The position numbers were made by a program, and so were the translations under genes. The notes under the pieces are model-generated. The model made no database searches, was not told the DNA's origin, and worked only from the letters and a program-made list of their open reading frames with translations. DNA of 64,000 bases, taken from NCBI RefSeq assembly GCF_006345805.1, contig NC_042997.1:113956001-114020000 (forward strand), in the 5' to 3' direction. The DNA is from Octopus sinensis. Lineage: Eukaryota. Shown one piece after another: positions 1 through 13,190 of the stretch. The stretch's first letter is position 1. Every line of letters begins with the position of its first letter.

Positions 1-2143
1 ATCTATCTATCTACACACACACACACACACACACAATTAATGTACAAACATCAAAAACTATATTTACAGTAATCAAAAGCTTAATTGATAACTCATTTTG
101 TGAAGGAATTTGGTTGAGAGGAAACTGCTGGAAGTCCATTGTATATGTGTGTGTTTATTAATTGCTAGCAAGCACATAGTGTTTTGCTTTGCAACCACAA
201 TATACTACAAAATATATTAAAGGTTTATAAGTCACTATTGTGCCTTACTTTTGTGTTAGAGTGCAATGTCCTCATTTTTAAGTTTATTTCTAACGAAAGC
301 ATCATCCAAATGTGGCTGATGCCAGTGTTGCCTTGACTGGCTTCCATGCTGGTGGCACTTCAAAAGCACCATCTGATTGTGGCCAATGCTAGCTCCACTG
401 GCCCCTTGTGCTGGTGGCACATAAAAACCATCCACTACACTCTCGGAGTGGCTGGCGTTAGGAAGGGCATCCAGCTGTAGAAACACTGCCAGATCAGTTT
501 GGCGTCTGGTGCAGCCTCCTGGCTTCCCAGACTCCAGTCAAACCATCCAACCCATGCCAGCATGGAAAACGGAGGTTAAACAACAATGATGATGATGATG
601 ATTTTTTATAGAATTCAGAGCCGGCACTGAAAGTCATGATATTTCACACACAAATACATTTATATAAACAATGCAATCCAAGATAGAAAAAAAACAGGTA
701 ATGAGTGTATATGCATATTTCAAGTGTGATTGTTCTGTCATCAGTAGCAATAGTTGATGGGTTGGATGTGTTGCTGATGAAAGAGCAATAACTCTTGAAA
801 TAGGCATATACACCCATTATATATTTTTTATATCTTTGATCGCATTGTTTACATAAAAATGTGTGTGTGGGTGTGAGTGCATTGCTGTCTCCTTATTTTG
901 ACTTCTTGTGATACCTGCAAACAAGTCTCACCATTATACAAACAGTGTCATTCATTTCTAATCTTAAAGCAAAATGTGTCTGGTCATGGGGAAATATTAC
1001 CTTACTTGGGAGCAGGTAAGGATTGGCAACAAGAAGGGTATCTAGCTGTAGAAAATCTGCCTCAACGAATTCCACCTGACCCATGTGAGCATGAAAAAGT
1101 GGATATTAAATATACATTACATTTTCATAAACATAATTACATTTTCCCCATTTGTTTAATAAATATTTCTTTAGTATGACCTTATTAGTTCACACTTAAT
1201 TCAGTGAAACATTATTAGGTTGCTCTTAATTGAATGTGGCCTTCAAATATATAATGGTTCCATTCACCCTGCCTCTGCTACATCATCCAAGTAAAACAGT
1301 ATCCTCAAAATAAACAAATATATAAATTTAAATTCTGACTTTGTCTAACAATGGTTGTAATTCTAGAGTAATTTCTTAATTTAGCTTCGTTTTTTTTCCT
1401 TTCTTTTCTTTTAACAACTGTTTCAGCAAATTCAAACCATTTAAAGAACTAGTTTGTTGCTAAGTCAAAGAGTTACTAACTTTTCTATTTAAACCATGGA
1501 GTGACTAACATATATTAGATTCGTGCAGTTACTAATCAACAACATCATTTATGTTTAATGTCCTTTTTCCATGCTGGCATGGGTTGGATGATTTGACAGG
1601 AGCTGGCAAGCCAGAGAGCTGCACCAGGCTCCATCATCTGCTTTGATAATGCTTCTACATTTGGCTGTCCTTCTTAATGCCAACCACTTTACAAAGTGTG
1701 CTGGGTGCATTTTATGTGACACCAGCATCAAATGTCTTTCATTATAACCCCAGGTTGATGAAAGCCTTGTGAATGGATTTGGTAGACAGAAACTAAAAGA
1801 AATCCATTGTGTGTGTATGTGTGTCCCCTCTTGACTTGACATCACATAATTATTGTGAATGAATGTCCTTAATTTCCAATATTCTGTGAAACATGTCTGG
1901 CCATAGGGAGATATTGTCTTGCTTGGAAAGACAAGATGGGCATCCAGCTGTAGGTAATAACTTCTTTAATAAATTCTATCCAACCCATGCAGACATGGGA
2001 AAGTGAATGTTAAAATGATGATGATGATGTAGTACCATATGTAATATCATGATTCAATGTTTGTTAACATTTCTTATTGTTTAAATGAACATGAATTAAA
2101 TTGATTTTGTTGTGTTTAAATGAAATTATTTCTCCATTTCCAG

Positions 2144-2193
2144 TCTTTGGTTAGAGGTCATGTTTGCCGGGTCAAACTACAAACACAAGTTCG
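2144..2193 (+). CDS. UBE3B: UBE3B window exon 1 (IQ-motif region)
   Basis: cag|...|gtaag; [16 protein letters not shown](R), aligns to human AHVRSFLCRSRLQRDIR. Confidence 0.88.
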
Positions 2194-4524
2194 GTAAGTT
2201 GAAATGTCCTTAATTCTTGAATTATGCAATAAAGTTAGTCTTCGTTTCTTTAATGGTTCTGGTCAGTAAATCATTTATGCTAATACACAATATTATTTAT
2301 GGCTGCACGTGAAGATGAAAATGATCTCATTAACAATTATGTATGCTTCCATATTTTTTATTACTCAGAACAGTTGTGTCTACACAAATACAACAATTAT
2401 TTGAATAGAACAGCATCCATGAAATGGTTATTGTGACAATTAATAGTTTTCATTGCTTAAGATATTTTACTTTTTTATATGGAAATTGTTCATAGTAGGA
2501 AGGGCATCCGGCCGTAGAAACCGTGTCAAATCTGACAGTAGAACTCAACACAGCCTTGCTGCTTGCCAGATCCTGTCAAACCGTCCAACCATCCAACCCA
2601 TGTCAGCATAGAAAATAAACGTTCAATGATGATAATGATGAGAATAAGTAGAAAGGAACACTTTATCACAAAACTGACTGGTAGAGTTCTAAGTAGCACT
2701 TAAAGGTGTTCTGCTCAGGAATTCAGTCTCCCAGCTTTTATAATATTCTGTCAAAACTTCTAGAACTTTCAGCAGAACTATTTGGTTGGAAAATTCATGA
2801 AATTTACACAAATTTGCAATCATGGAAAAGTGAATGTTAAAACAATGATTATGAATATATTTATTTGTGTTTCACATGATAATGTTTGTATGTTTTACCC
2901 AGCATCACTCCATTGTATTTATTGTTGTTGGTATTTTATTTACAGGCAGGAGTTGGATTTACTTCTTCAAATACCCCAGACTATGGATATTGAATATAAT
3001 CCAAAACAACGACCAGGTGAGTTAAATGTATGAGTTTTTAATAATTTATATTTTGGTATGTCAAAGTATATATTTCCTTCACAGCATCCAACAGAGTTTA
3101 TCTAAAAATATCTGCTTCCTAAGAAGACATTTGATCCAGAAAACAGGAAATGAATTCCAATCTTGTTTTTAATTTTAAAACTTTCACTTTTTGTTATCTA
3201 TAAAAAGAGCATTTCAAGTCTCAAATAATTTCAAAACAGCTGCCCTAGTCTGTTGCTCCTTCCCCATCCTTTTCCCTTTTTTTCAATCACAATGTTAATA
3301 TTAGCCCTTTGGCATTTAAGCCAGTCCTATCCAGTCCAAATATTCTACCTGTTTTATGCTCAAACTGGTCAGGTCTGGCCTCTCACAAATACACTACAAT
3401 TCATTCTACCAATAAACTATTACATCTTTGAAATCTCAAGGCTACAAGATAATGCATGATTAATTCAAAACAATGTAAATAAATAAATATTACATTTGAC
3501 AGAGTAATCTGAATGCTAAACAGTATATCATATGAAGACATGAACATTAATGATCTCCAGTTGTTTTCTTGATTAAATATCATAGGTTTAATGTCTTAAT
3601 TATTTATTTTTGTGTTTCTCATTTCAGTGCTGGAACTTTTCTCTGCCTTAAAGAAGTTTCTGTTTGTCTTTAATATCAAAGAAGACAAAAGGGTAATTAT
3701 TCCACTAAATATTGGGATTTCTCTTTAACCAATTATATTAAACAATTTCCTTTGATTTGGTCAGGAAAATTAGTCTTGCCCCAGGTCAGCCCTCAATGAT
3801 CTCAGGTATAATGTATCCAGAGAAAGATTATTCAATGTGTCTGGACCTGTCAATGGCCCTCTTACAACTCTCTTAATGTTTAGTTTTCCTTCTTTTTGTG
3901 TTTTACACTCTGTACTCTACATGTACTTCTTAGCTTTCATTGATGTCTTTCTCTACTTGATTTGTATATCTGCTTTCCATTCTTTCTTTTAACCTTTTCT
4001 AATAAATTGCAGTGCACCTGAGCACTGTATACAATTAGTCCATCATCATCATCATCATTATTATTATTATTATTATTATGCCTGACTGGCCCTCGTGCTG
4101 AGGGGCACGTAAAAAGCACCCACTACACTCTCGGAGTGGTTGGCGTTAGGAAGGGCATCCAGCTGTAGAAACTTTGCCAGATCAGATTGGAGCCTGGAGC
4201 AGCCATCTGGTTTGCCAGTCCTCAGTCAAATCGTCCAACCCATGCTAGCATGGAAAGCAGACGTTAAACGATGATGATGATGATGATTCTTATTATTAAA
4301 GGTGGTGAGCTGGCAGAATCATCAGCATGCTGGGCTAAATACTTGGCAGCATTTTGTCCATTTTTATGTTCCAAGTTCAAATTCTGCTGACATTGACTTT
4401 GCCTTTCATCCTTTTGGGGTTGATAAATTAAGTACCAATTGAACACTGGGGTCAATGTAATCAATTTACCTGCTCCCCTGAAATTGCTGGCCTTGTGCCA
4501 AAATTATTATTATTATTATTATTA

Positions 4525-4559
<35 letters not shown>

Positions 4560-5035
4560 GTGGCACGTAAAAAGCACCCACTACACTCACGGAGTGGTTG
4601 GCGTTAGGAAGGGCATCCAGCCGTAGAAACACTGCCAGATTTGACTGGGCCTGATGAAGCCTTCTGGCTTCACAGACCCCAGTAGAACCGTCCAACCCAT
4701 GCTAGCATGGAAAACGGACGCTAAATGACGATGATGATGATGATGATGATTATTATTATTATTATTACTACTACTACTACTACTATTATTATTGAGTGAG
4801 AGAATAGCACATTCCATCAAAGTGATTCTTGGGTACAAACATTCAAAGCTCAATATACCCATCATGATTACCTGTCTGATAAGGGTACACCAGGCATATG
4901 CATCACAACCATACGTACACAATATAGTGACTTCATATCAAGATAGACAGCACATGACTTGCGGGTGGTACCTCTTAGAATTTTTATGAGGTCAAGTAGC
5001 CCATCCTGCTCATAAGGCTTGTTTAAGGATTATTA

Positions 5036-5079
<44 letters not shown>

Positions 5080-8000
5080 GTAACAAGCTGGCAAAATCAT
5101 TAGTGTGCCTGATGAAATGCTTAGTGACATTTTTTCCAGTTCTTCACGTTCTGAGTTCAAATGCTGCTGAAGTCAGCTTGGTCTTTTATCCTATCAGGGT
5201 TGATAAAATAAGTACCAGTTGAGCATTGGAGTTAATGTAATTGACTAACCTTCTCCCCCCCAAATTTTTGGCCTTGTGCCTGTAGTAAAAAGTATTATCA
5301 TTATTATTTTAAGGTAGTAGGATGTGATTTGAGAGAGATTTGGCTGTTATCTCTTGCATGTTGATCAACTCTGTATAAATTCCATTGATGGCTCAGGACA
5401 GTTTCTGTGTAAGATTCTGATGGTGTTATAGAATCCTCCTGGACCATAACTAGAGGTACAATCTAATAATTTTAATTAAACTAATGGAATTACTCTGTTC
5501 CAAATTGTTGAACAAGGACTCTTGCCTAATGTGTTGTGAAGTGGAACTAAGCCCTGGATTGTGCAGTTGTAACAGAAACTTCTTAACCTCACATCCATGC
5601 CTGCTTCAGTTTAAATTAATTGATTTTAATTCGAACCTTTTTTTTTTGCTTATTTTTCTCTTGTTGATATTCAAAAATATCTTTCATTTTTTTCTGTTGT
5701 TGTTGTTTTGCAGAGGTATGAGTATGTATGCCGTTACCTTCTTGTCAGTGTACAGTCTGAGAACACAAAAGTAAGTCTCCTTTCATGATTCTGAAATTTC
5801 CACCTATTTTTTGGTGTATGTATTACCACGTATCACCTCCTCTCCCATGACCCATTCCTATTTTCCTTACATTATCCCCAAACTAAAACTTGTCATTGCC
5901 CACACCTCTATGTCCACCATTTACTGCTTTCACTTCTGTCTTCATTTCTACCGTCTGTCACTTATCTTTCACACTCTCACAAATTTACCTTCCCACCCTT
6001 TCTGATCCACTGTCTGTATTTTCTCTTATGCTCACCTTGTTCCTCAAACATATTCCCCAATATCTCATTTCCACCATCATTTCTCCTTTTCCAGCGGGAT
6101 AGCCATGTCTCTGCTCTGCAGTAAGACAACTCTTCCTGTTCATCTTTCATTCTTTTGCCTTTCAATACCTGGCACAAAACCACCTTCCTCAATACTGCAC
6201 CCCCACCACTGCCAAGGGGTTTCGTGTTGCAAGTTACTTGGTGATCTCACAAAAAAAGCATTCAATACACTTTGTAAAGGGGTTGGCATTAGGAAGGGCA
6301 TCTAGCCATGGCAACCATGCTAAAGCAGACATTGGAGGCTAAATGCATCTCTCAGGTTAACTGGATCCTGTTGAAGGTGATAGGTGGTAATTATGTTTTT
6401 AATAAATTCCCAGGTTTATGTGTTTGAGCTACAATTAATTGAGAAGTGCCAGTGGCACATAAAAGGGCACCATTCAAGTGTGATCGTTACCAGCGTTGCC
6501 TTACTGGCACTTGTGCCTGTGCTTGTAGGGTGCCAAGAGCACCATCTGAGTGTGATTGTTGCCAGAGCAGCCAACTGGTTCTGTGCCGGTGGCACGTAAA
6601 AGGGAACCATTTGAGTGTGATCATTACCAACGTTGCCTTACTGGCACCCGTGCCGGTGGCATGTGTAAAAAGATTCAAGTGTGGTCATTGCCAGTACCGC
6701 TTGACTGGCCCTGTGCCAGTGGCACGTAAAAAGCACCCACTACACTCTTGGAGTAATTGGCGTTAGGAAGGGCATCCAGCTGCAGAAGATTGGAGCCTGG
6801 TGCGGCCGTCTGGTTCGCCAGACCTCAGTCAAAATCGTCCAACCCATGCTAGCATGGAAAGCGGATGTTAAACGATGATGATGTGTTTGAGCTACAATTA
6901 ATTAAGAAGTAGACATTAAAACATTGTGAAGCTAATAAACTGTGTTCTTAGTCTTATTATGTTAATTTTTATGTTTAGTATTTGAGTCTATTTTTTTTAT
7001 TTTTCAGACATCGTATGTTGCCATGTCAATGCAAAAACAACATGTGCTTTCCTGGATCCAACAACTGAAAACTGTGTTGTGGAATTGTTGTGTGTGTCTC
7101 AAGTATCTCAAGGTAATTTATTTCTAAATTTTATTTCCTGGCTGTTTGGTTAAGTAGTTTGCTTTTATGACCATGTGGTTTCAGGTTCAGTCCCACCTTG
7201 GGTAAATGCCTTCTACAATAATCCCCAGTTTGTGAGTGGAATTGGTAGGCTCACACCCCTTTTCCCTAATTACATATTTCTCTTCCCACTACTATTCATT
7301 TTTGCCTCTCACCCTATAAAGAGGATGGCAAGTGAAGAGAGATGAAAGGGTTTTGAAGTCACTTTTGTTGTCTTGGCATAACTGACCTCTCCAACACTGG
7401 TATAACTAGTGCTGCTGCATGAAAGCTTCTCATACATGTGTATGTGTTCATTTGTGTGAGTGCGTATGCATGTGTGTGCATATGCAAGTGTTATCATTCC
7501 CTGACTTTGCTTGTCACTGTCTGAGCAAAATGGCAAATATTATGAGACAGAATGAACAAATTAAACAATTAATACAGGAGAAGTGGATGAAGGTAGAGTG
7601 GATAGGGCACAGTTGGTCCAGTGCGGCCTTGTGTGCATGTGTGTGTGTATGTGCGTGTGTGCATGCATGCCTCTGTGTGTGTGTGTACATTTTAAAAATT
7701 AAATTTTTGTTTTTCATTTCAGCCAGAAAATCACCGTGATAACCAAGCAATTGTGGTTCATTTACGTATGCTAATTACTTTCACAAGTATTGGGTCTTGG
7801 GGTATAGTGAAAGGAAAGACTGGTAACTATTTATTTCCTGTTATTTTGACATTTTCTTGCATCTTATCTCCTAAATCTAATGACATTTTTTCATTGTGTG
7901 TCACAAAACTACAGTTGATATTTTATGTGAAAATAACAGAAAGAGTAATGTTAGAGGCATTTATGCACAAATATATATATTTATTAACACCACCCAGTTG

Positions 8001-11000
8001 AATGATACTGCCCAGGTGTCGAAACCATAATGATATCTGCTAGGCAGCTGATGATAGTATATATTTGGCGTGCTTGTTGTCTGTGAATCTTTTATACCTT
8101 GTGTTCTTGTTCAAAGTTGTCCTCATTCTCAGAGGACATTTATTTAGATATTTAGAATTTGAATATTATGTCATCAATGTAAGTTTACAAATAATAAAAA
8201 AAAATAATATGACTAGAGATTAGTGGTGAGTCAGCATACATATTGATACATCTAAAGATGTGAGTGAGGATCAATGATATTTCTTGTTTATTGACAATAA
8301 CAGATCAAGTATGTTACTTGGAACTGAAGATTAAAAGAAAAAATGATACCATAAATGTGTAGTAGATGCTTGGATGATGTTTTGTATTAGTATTCTTAAT
8401 ATCAGTTTCAAATTTTGGCACAAGGCCAGCAAATTTGGAGAAGGGATTTGTTGATTACATCGACCCCAGTGTTCAACTGGTACTTATTTTATCAACCCTA
8501 AAAGGATGAAAGGTAAAGTTGACCTTGGTGGAATTTGAACTCATAAAGAGCCAAAGGGATGCCACTAAGAATTTAGTCCAACATGCTAACAACTCTGCCA
8601 GCTCACATAATAATAATAATAATGGTTTCAAATTTTTCCACAAGGGCAGCAATTTTGGGGGAGGGGATGTGTCAATTAATTCAACACCCAGTGTTCAACT
8701 GGTACTTATTTTATCAACCCCAAAAGGATGAAAGGTAAAGTCGACCTTGGTGGAATTTGAACTCAGAACTTAAAAAATGGTTAAACTGACACTAAGCATT
8801 TTGTCCAGCATGCTAATGATTCTGCCAGCTCACCACCATATGGTATTGTTAATATCACCATCATTTCTCCATTACCTGAACCAAATCTCCCTCAAATCAT
8901 ACTCTACCTTCTTAAAACAAAAAGACACATTGGATAATGTAATCCTAGATATGTCAAGCCTAAATAAGATGATGGGATGGTATTGTCTTAGTGAATAAAC
9001 GCTTCCTATATTGCCTTGTCTTGCTTTGGGCCCTCAACCTTCATACAGTCTTAGGAATGCCATTGTGATGTATGGTGTGTCTTGGATATTTTTAGATCTG
9101 GTAAAACCCATTCCTCTCCTGGGATTTCTTTGAGAAAGAGAGAAAGATAGACAGAAAGAATTTGAAGAATGAAAAAATCAATTCCAGTGATAGAGTGGTA
9201 TTTTGCTTATTGTCCTTCAAAAGATAAAAGGCAAAGTTAACCTTGGAAGGATTTGAACTCATGAAGAGAGAGCCAGAATGATTATTGCAAAGGAATCTAT
9301 CCGATGCTCTACTGATTCTACCATTTAGCTGCCTTACTTTCTATATTAGTTCTTTATTGGTGAACTTCATTGATGACCATTCAGAATGTAGCTCCTTATT
9401 GTATTGAGTCTTTGTTATGCTTCTTGTAATGTTTAATTCTGCCATGTGAATGTGTTAGACCCTCCACTACTCTTATATGCATACATTAAAGAAATATTTA
9501 TTAAACATGCAGGGAAAATGCAATTATGTTTATTATGAATATGTAATTCTAAATATTAACCCTTTTGTTACTATATTTTTCACCAAATCACTGCCTTTGT
9601 CTCAATATTGAAAATAATGAAGAATTTAGTAAAATAACTTTGTCATTATTAAATTAGTGTTTGAAACATAAATTACCATGAAATTTTGATGCAAGATACA
9701 GATAAGGAAATAATTTTATTCTCAAATGCAGGAGAATGCTAATAATATAACACGAACAGTGGCTGCCGACAGATTTTTCTGCAAAATCTGGATAGTTTAT
9801 CCTGTTCCTGCTATATTATCAGCATTCTCCTGTCTTCTTCTTGTCTTGAGACAGCATTTACCCGGGGTGGGTTGAGCTGGCTTCATTCATCCTCAATGCT
9901 GCATCTCTCACAAACGCCAACCAGACCTGGCGATTTGAGGCTAACAACCGCGTGATCTCCAACCACTCCTTATCCCAGCAGCCAACACCGTAGATATGGG
10001 GGCCTAGGTTGGGTTCCAGATCAGCCGTGACTGTCATCAGCCAGGTTTTTCGATATCCATCACATTGCTTTCGCTAACCCTGAAGGGGAGTTGGGGCAAT
10101 TGCTTCATATGTTGAGTTCCAGATCAGCCTTGACTGTCATCAGCCAGGTTTTTCGTTGTCCACCACATTGCTTTCGCCAACCTTGAAGGGGAGTTGGGGC
10201 AATTGCTTCGTAGATAAATTCTCCTGGTTGACGATGGAGGGCATGACCCAGCCAATACAGACGTCTCGTTAGGATGACTTGTTGGAGGGAGGTGATTTTG
10301 CACTGGTGACGCACCGAATTGTTGGAGACAAAGTGATGCCATTGGGCACGAAGGATGCGGTGTAGACAGAGGTGATTGAAGGATTCTAGTCGCTTAATAT
10401 CTTCCACCCTCATTGGCCATGACTCACTGCTGTAAAGGAGAATCGTTCTCCTGCAGTTGAGAATAAAATTATTTCCTTATCTGTATCTTCTAATACATCT
10501 CAATGCTTCTAAATCAAACTTTGATTGATGGAAGGTTTTAACATAGACCACTTTAAAACAGGAAGTTTGCATCAGATGACCAGGAGCAGTCTTGGGCAGT
10601 TTGGTATTAAAAGGGTTAGTTTGTTGTTTATGCTGAATTTATTATTGGCATGGGGTCTCTGAAAGAGGTCTCAGGGAGTAGCATCCCTGCCTTCCTGAGT
10701 TAGTTTTCCACCATATTTGTCAGGACCACTTATGTCTAGAAACTGAGGTTGTGGGTAAGCAGGGTCATGCTCCCTGTTGGAAATCCAGCTCCAAAAAAGT
10801 CTCATAATAGCAAAGGAGAAGGGGCACCAACCAGCCCAAACGTTGAGGTGGGCTGCACCTACCTACCTTGGTTGCTATAGCATTGAGGTAGATCCAGCCA
10901 AAACCTGGATTTAAAACACTGAATGATGATGATGATGACTTTACTTTTTTTTTGTTTTTGTCTTCAGGTGAGGCACTTAAGCCTGGACTTAATCAGCTTT

Positions 11001-12521
11001 GTAATAACATCATGGGGTTTCTGAATAGCAAAGGTCTCTATAGTGTTATACAGGTAGGTTGTAAGATTTGATTTTTTAAAAATCTTTTATCTTTTACTTG
11101 TTTCAGCCATTAAACTGTGGCCATGCTGGGGCACCACCTTGAAGGGTTTTAGTCAAATGAATCGATCCCAGCACTCAAGTTTTCAAACGTGGTACTTATT
11201 CTATTGGTCTGTTTTACTGAACCACTAAGTTATGAGCACGTAAACACACCAACATATATATAAACTGCATTTTAGTCTTCAATGAATTTAAACTGTTGCA
11301 ATTTGGTTTATGTGTGTCTTTACTATGGTTAATAATTATTCATTAAACTATAAAGAACACTGGAAAAGTGGAATACAGTAATCCTTTGATTATCATGGGT
11401 GTTACATTCCAAAAACCCCTGCGATAGGTGAAAATCTGCAAAGTAGAAACAGTATTGTATATTTTTTTAAAAATATTTTTATAATTTGTATATATTTATT
11501 TTATTATAAATGCGAAGCAACACCTCAGAGGAATCAATGTAAGATCGATTAATAAACTGCGATAGGTGAACTGCATTATGATGAGGGTACATCAACATCA
11601 AAATAAATATCAATGGAAATTGTAGTTGTGATACCTGTGCCGGTGGCACGTAAAAAGCACCATCCGAACGTGGCCAATGCCAGCGCTGCCTTGACTTGCT
11701 TCTGTGCCGGTGGCACGTGACCTGCTGTACTTGAGGAGACCTATTGAGTCAAGTACATCAGCATCAAAATAAATATCAATGGAAATTGTAGTTGTGATAC
11801 CTGTGCCAGTGGCACATAAAAAGCACCATCCAAATGTGGCTGATGCCAGCACCGCCTTGACTGGCTTCTGTGCCGGTGGCACGTAAAATGCACCAACCGA
11901 TCGTGGTCGCTGCCAACCTCCCCTGGCATCTGTGCCAGTGGCACGTAAAAAGCACCCACTACACTCACAGAGTGGTTGGTGTTAGGAAGGGCATCCAGCT
12001 GTAGAAACACTGCCAGATCAGACTGGGGCCTGGTGCAGCCTCCTGGTTTCCCAGACCCTGGTCAAACCGTCCAACCCGTGCTAGCACGGAAAACAGACGT
12101 TAAACGATGATGATGATGATGATGATTATAGTTCCAGTTTAATTTCACCTACAGTTGAATCTTTTTTTTCTCTCTTCCAGGTTCTTCTTACCCGAGGTCT
12201 TGCTCGGTCCAAACCAGTCTTCAGCAACACATCACTCACAGCTGTTATCACTATAGCACTTCGGTAAGAAGATATTCTGCATACTCTCTATTTACTCTAT
12301 ACTCTTTTACTTGTTTCAGTCATTTGACTGCAGCCATACTGGAGCATCGCCTTTAGTCGAGCAAATCGCCCCCAGGACTTATTCTTTGTAAGCCTAGTAC
12401 TTATTCTATTGGTCTCTTTTTGCCGAACTGCTAAGTTACGGGGACGTAAACATGCCAGCATCGGTTGTCAAGCGATGTTGGGGGGACAAACACAGACACA
12501 CAAAGACACATACACACGCAT

Positions 12522-12583
<62 letters not shown>

Positions 12584-13152
12584 ATATATATACACATATA
12601 CATATATACAATGGGCTTCTTGCAGTTTCCGTCTACCAAATCCAATCACAAGGCTTTGGTCGGCCTGAAGCTATAGTAGACACTTGCCCAAACAAACTTG
12701 TATGACAGTGACATTTGTGTATAGTTAACACATAATATCAATATGAGATATGAACACACACTCACACACATGTACATACACACATATACTATCTCTGTCT
12801 CATGCATGCATACACATATGTATATCATGTATATGCATGTATATTTGTGTATGTATATATTTGGCTGTGTAGTAAAGAAGTTTGCTTCCCAACCTCATAG
12901 TTCCAGGTTCTGTCCCACTGCCTGGCACCATGTCTGGCAAATGTCTTCAACTATAACTTTGGGCCAACCAAAACCTGTGTCCTTCATATTCAATCTTCTG
13001 TAAAAACATGTCTGGTCTTGGGGAAATCTTACCTTGCTTGAAAAACATGTGAGTGTTGGTGACAGGAAGGGTTTCCGGCTATAGAAAATTCTCAACAATT
13101 TCCATCTGGCCTGTGCAAACATGGAGATGGAAAGTGAATGACAATGATAATG

Positions 13153-13190
<38 letters not shown>

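Noticed and set aside
671-697. ATG-initiated mini-exon MQSKIEKKQ followed by GT, in phase with exon 1
   Set aside because: No resemblance to the UBE3B N-terminus (expected about 37 aa ending in ..VIQ); the true exon is probably upstream. An alternative start cannot be excluded without cDNA.
11625-11965. CRISPR-like look: about 27-bp hairpin repeat with 35-42 bp spacers
   Set aside because: Eukaryotic intron, no cas genes; the spacers are homologous to each other and recur in other SINE copies, so these are internal SINE modules.
12409-12705. Cluster of YIYI/HTHT/CVCV ORFs (and similar ones elsewhere)
   Set aside because: Translations of (TA)n and (CA)n microsatellites inside SINEs.
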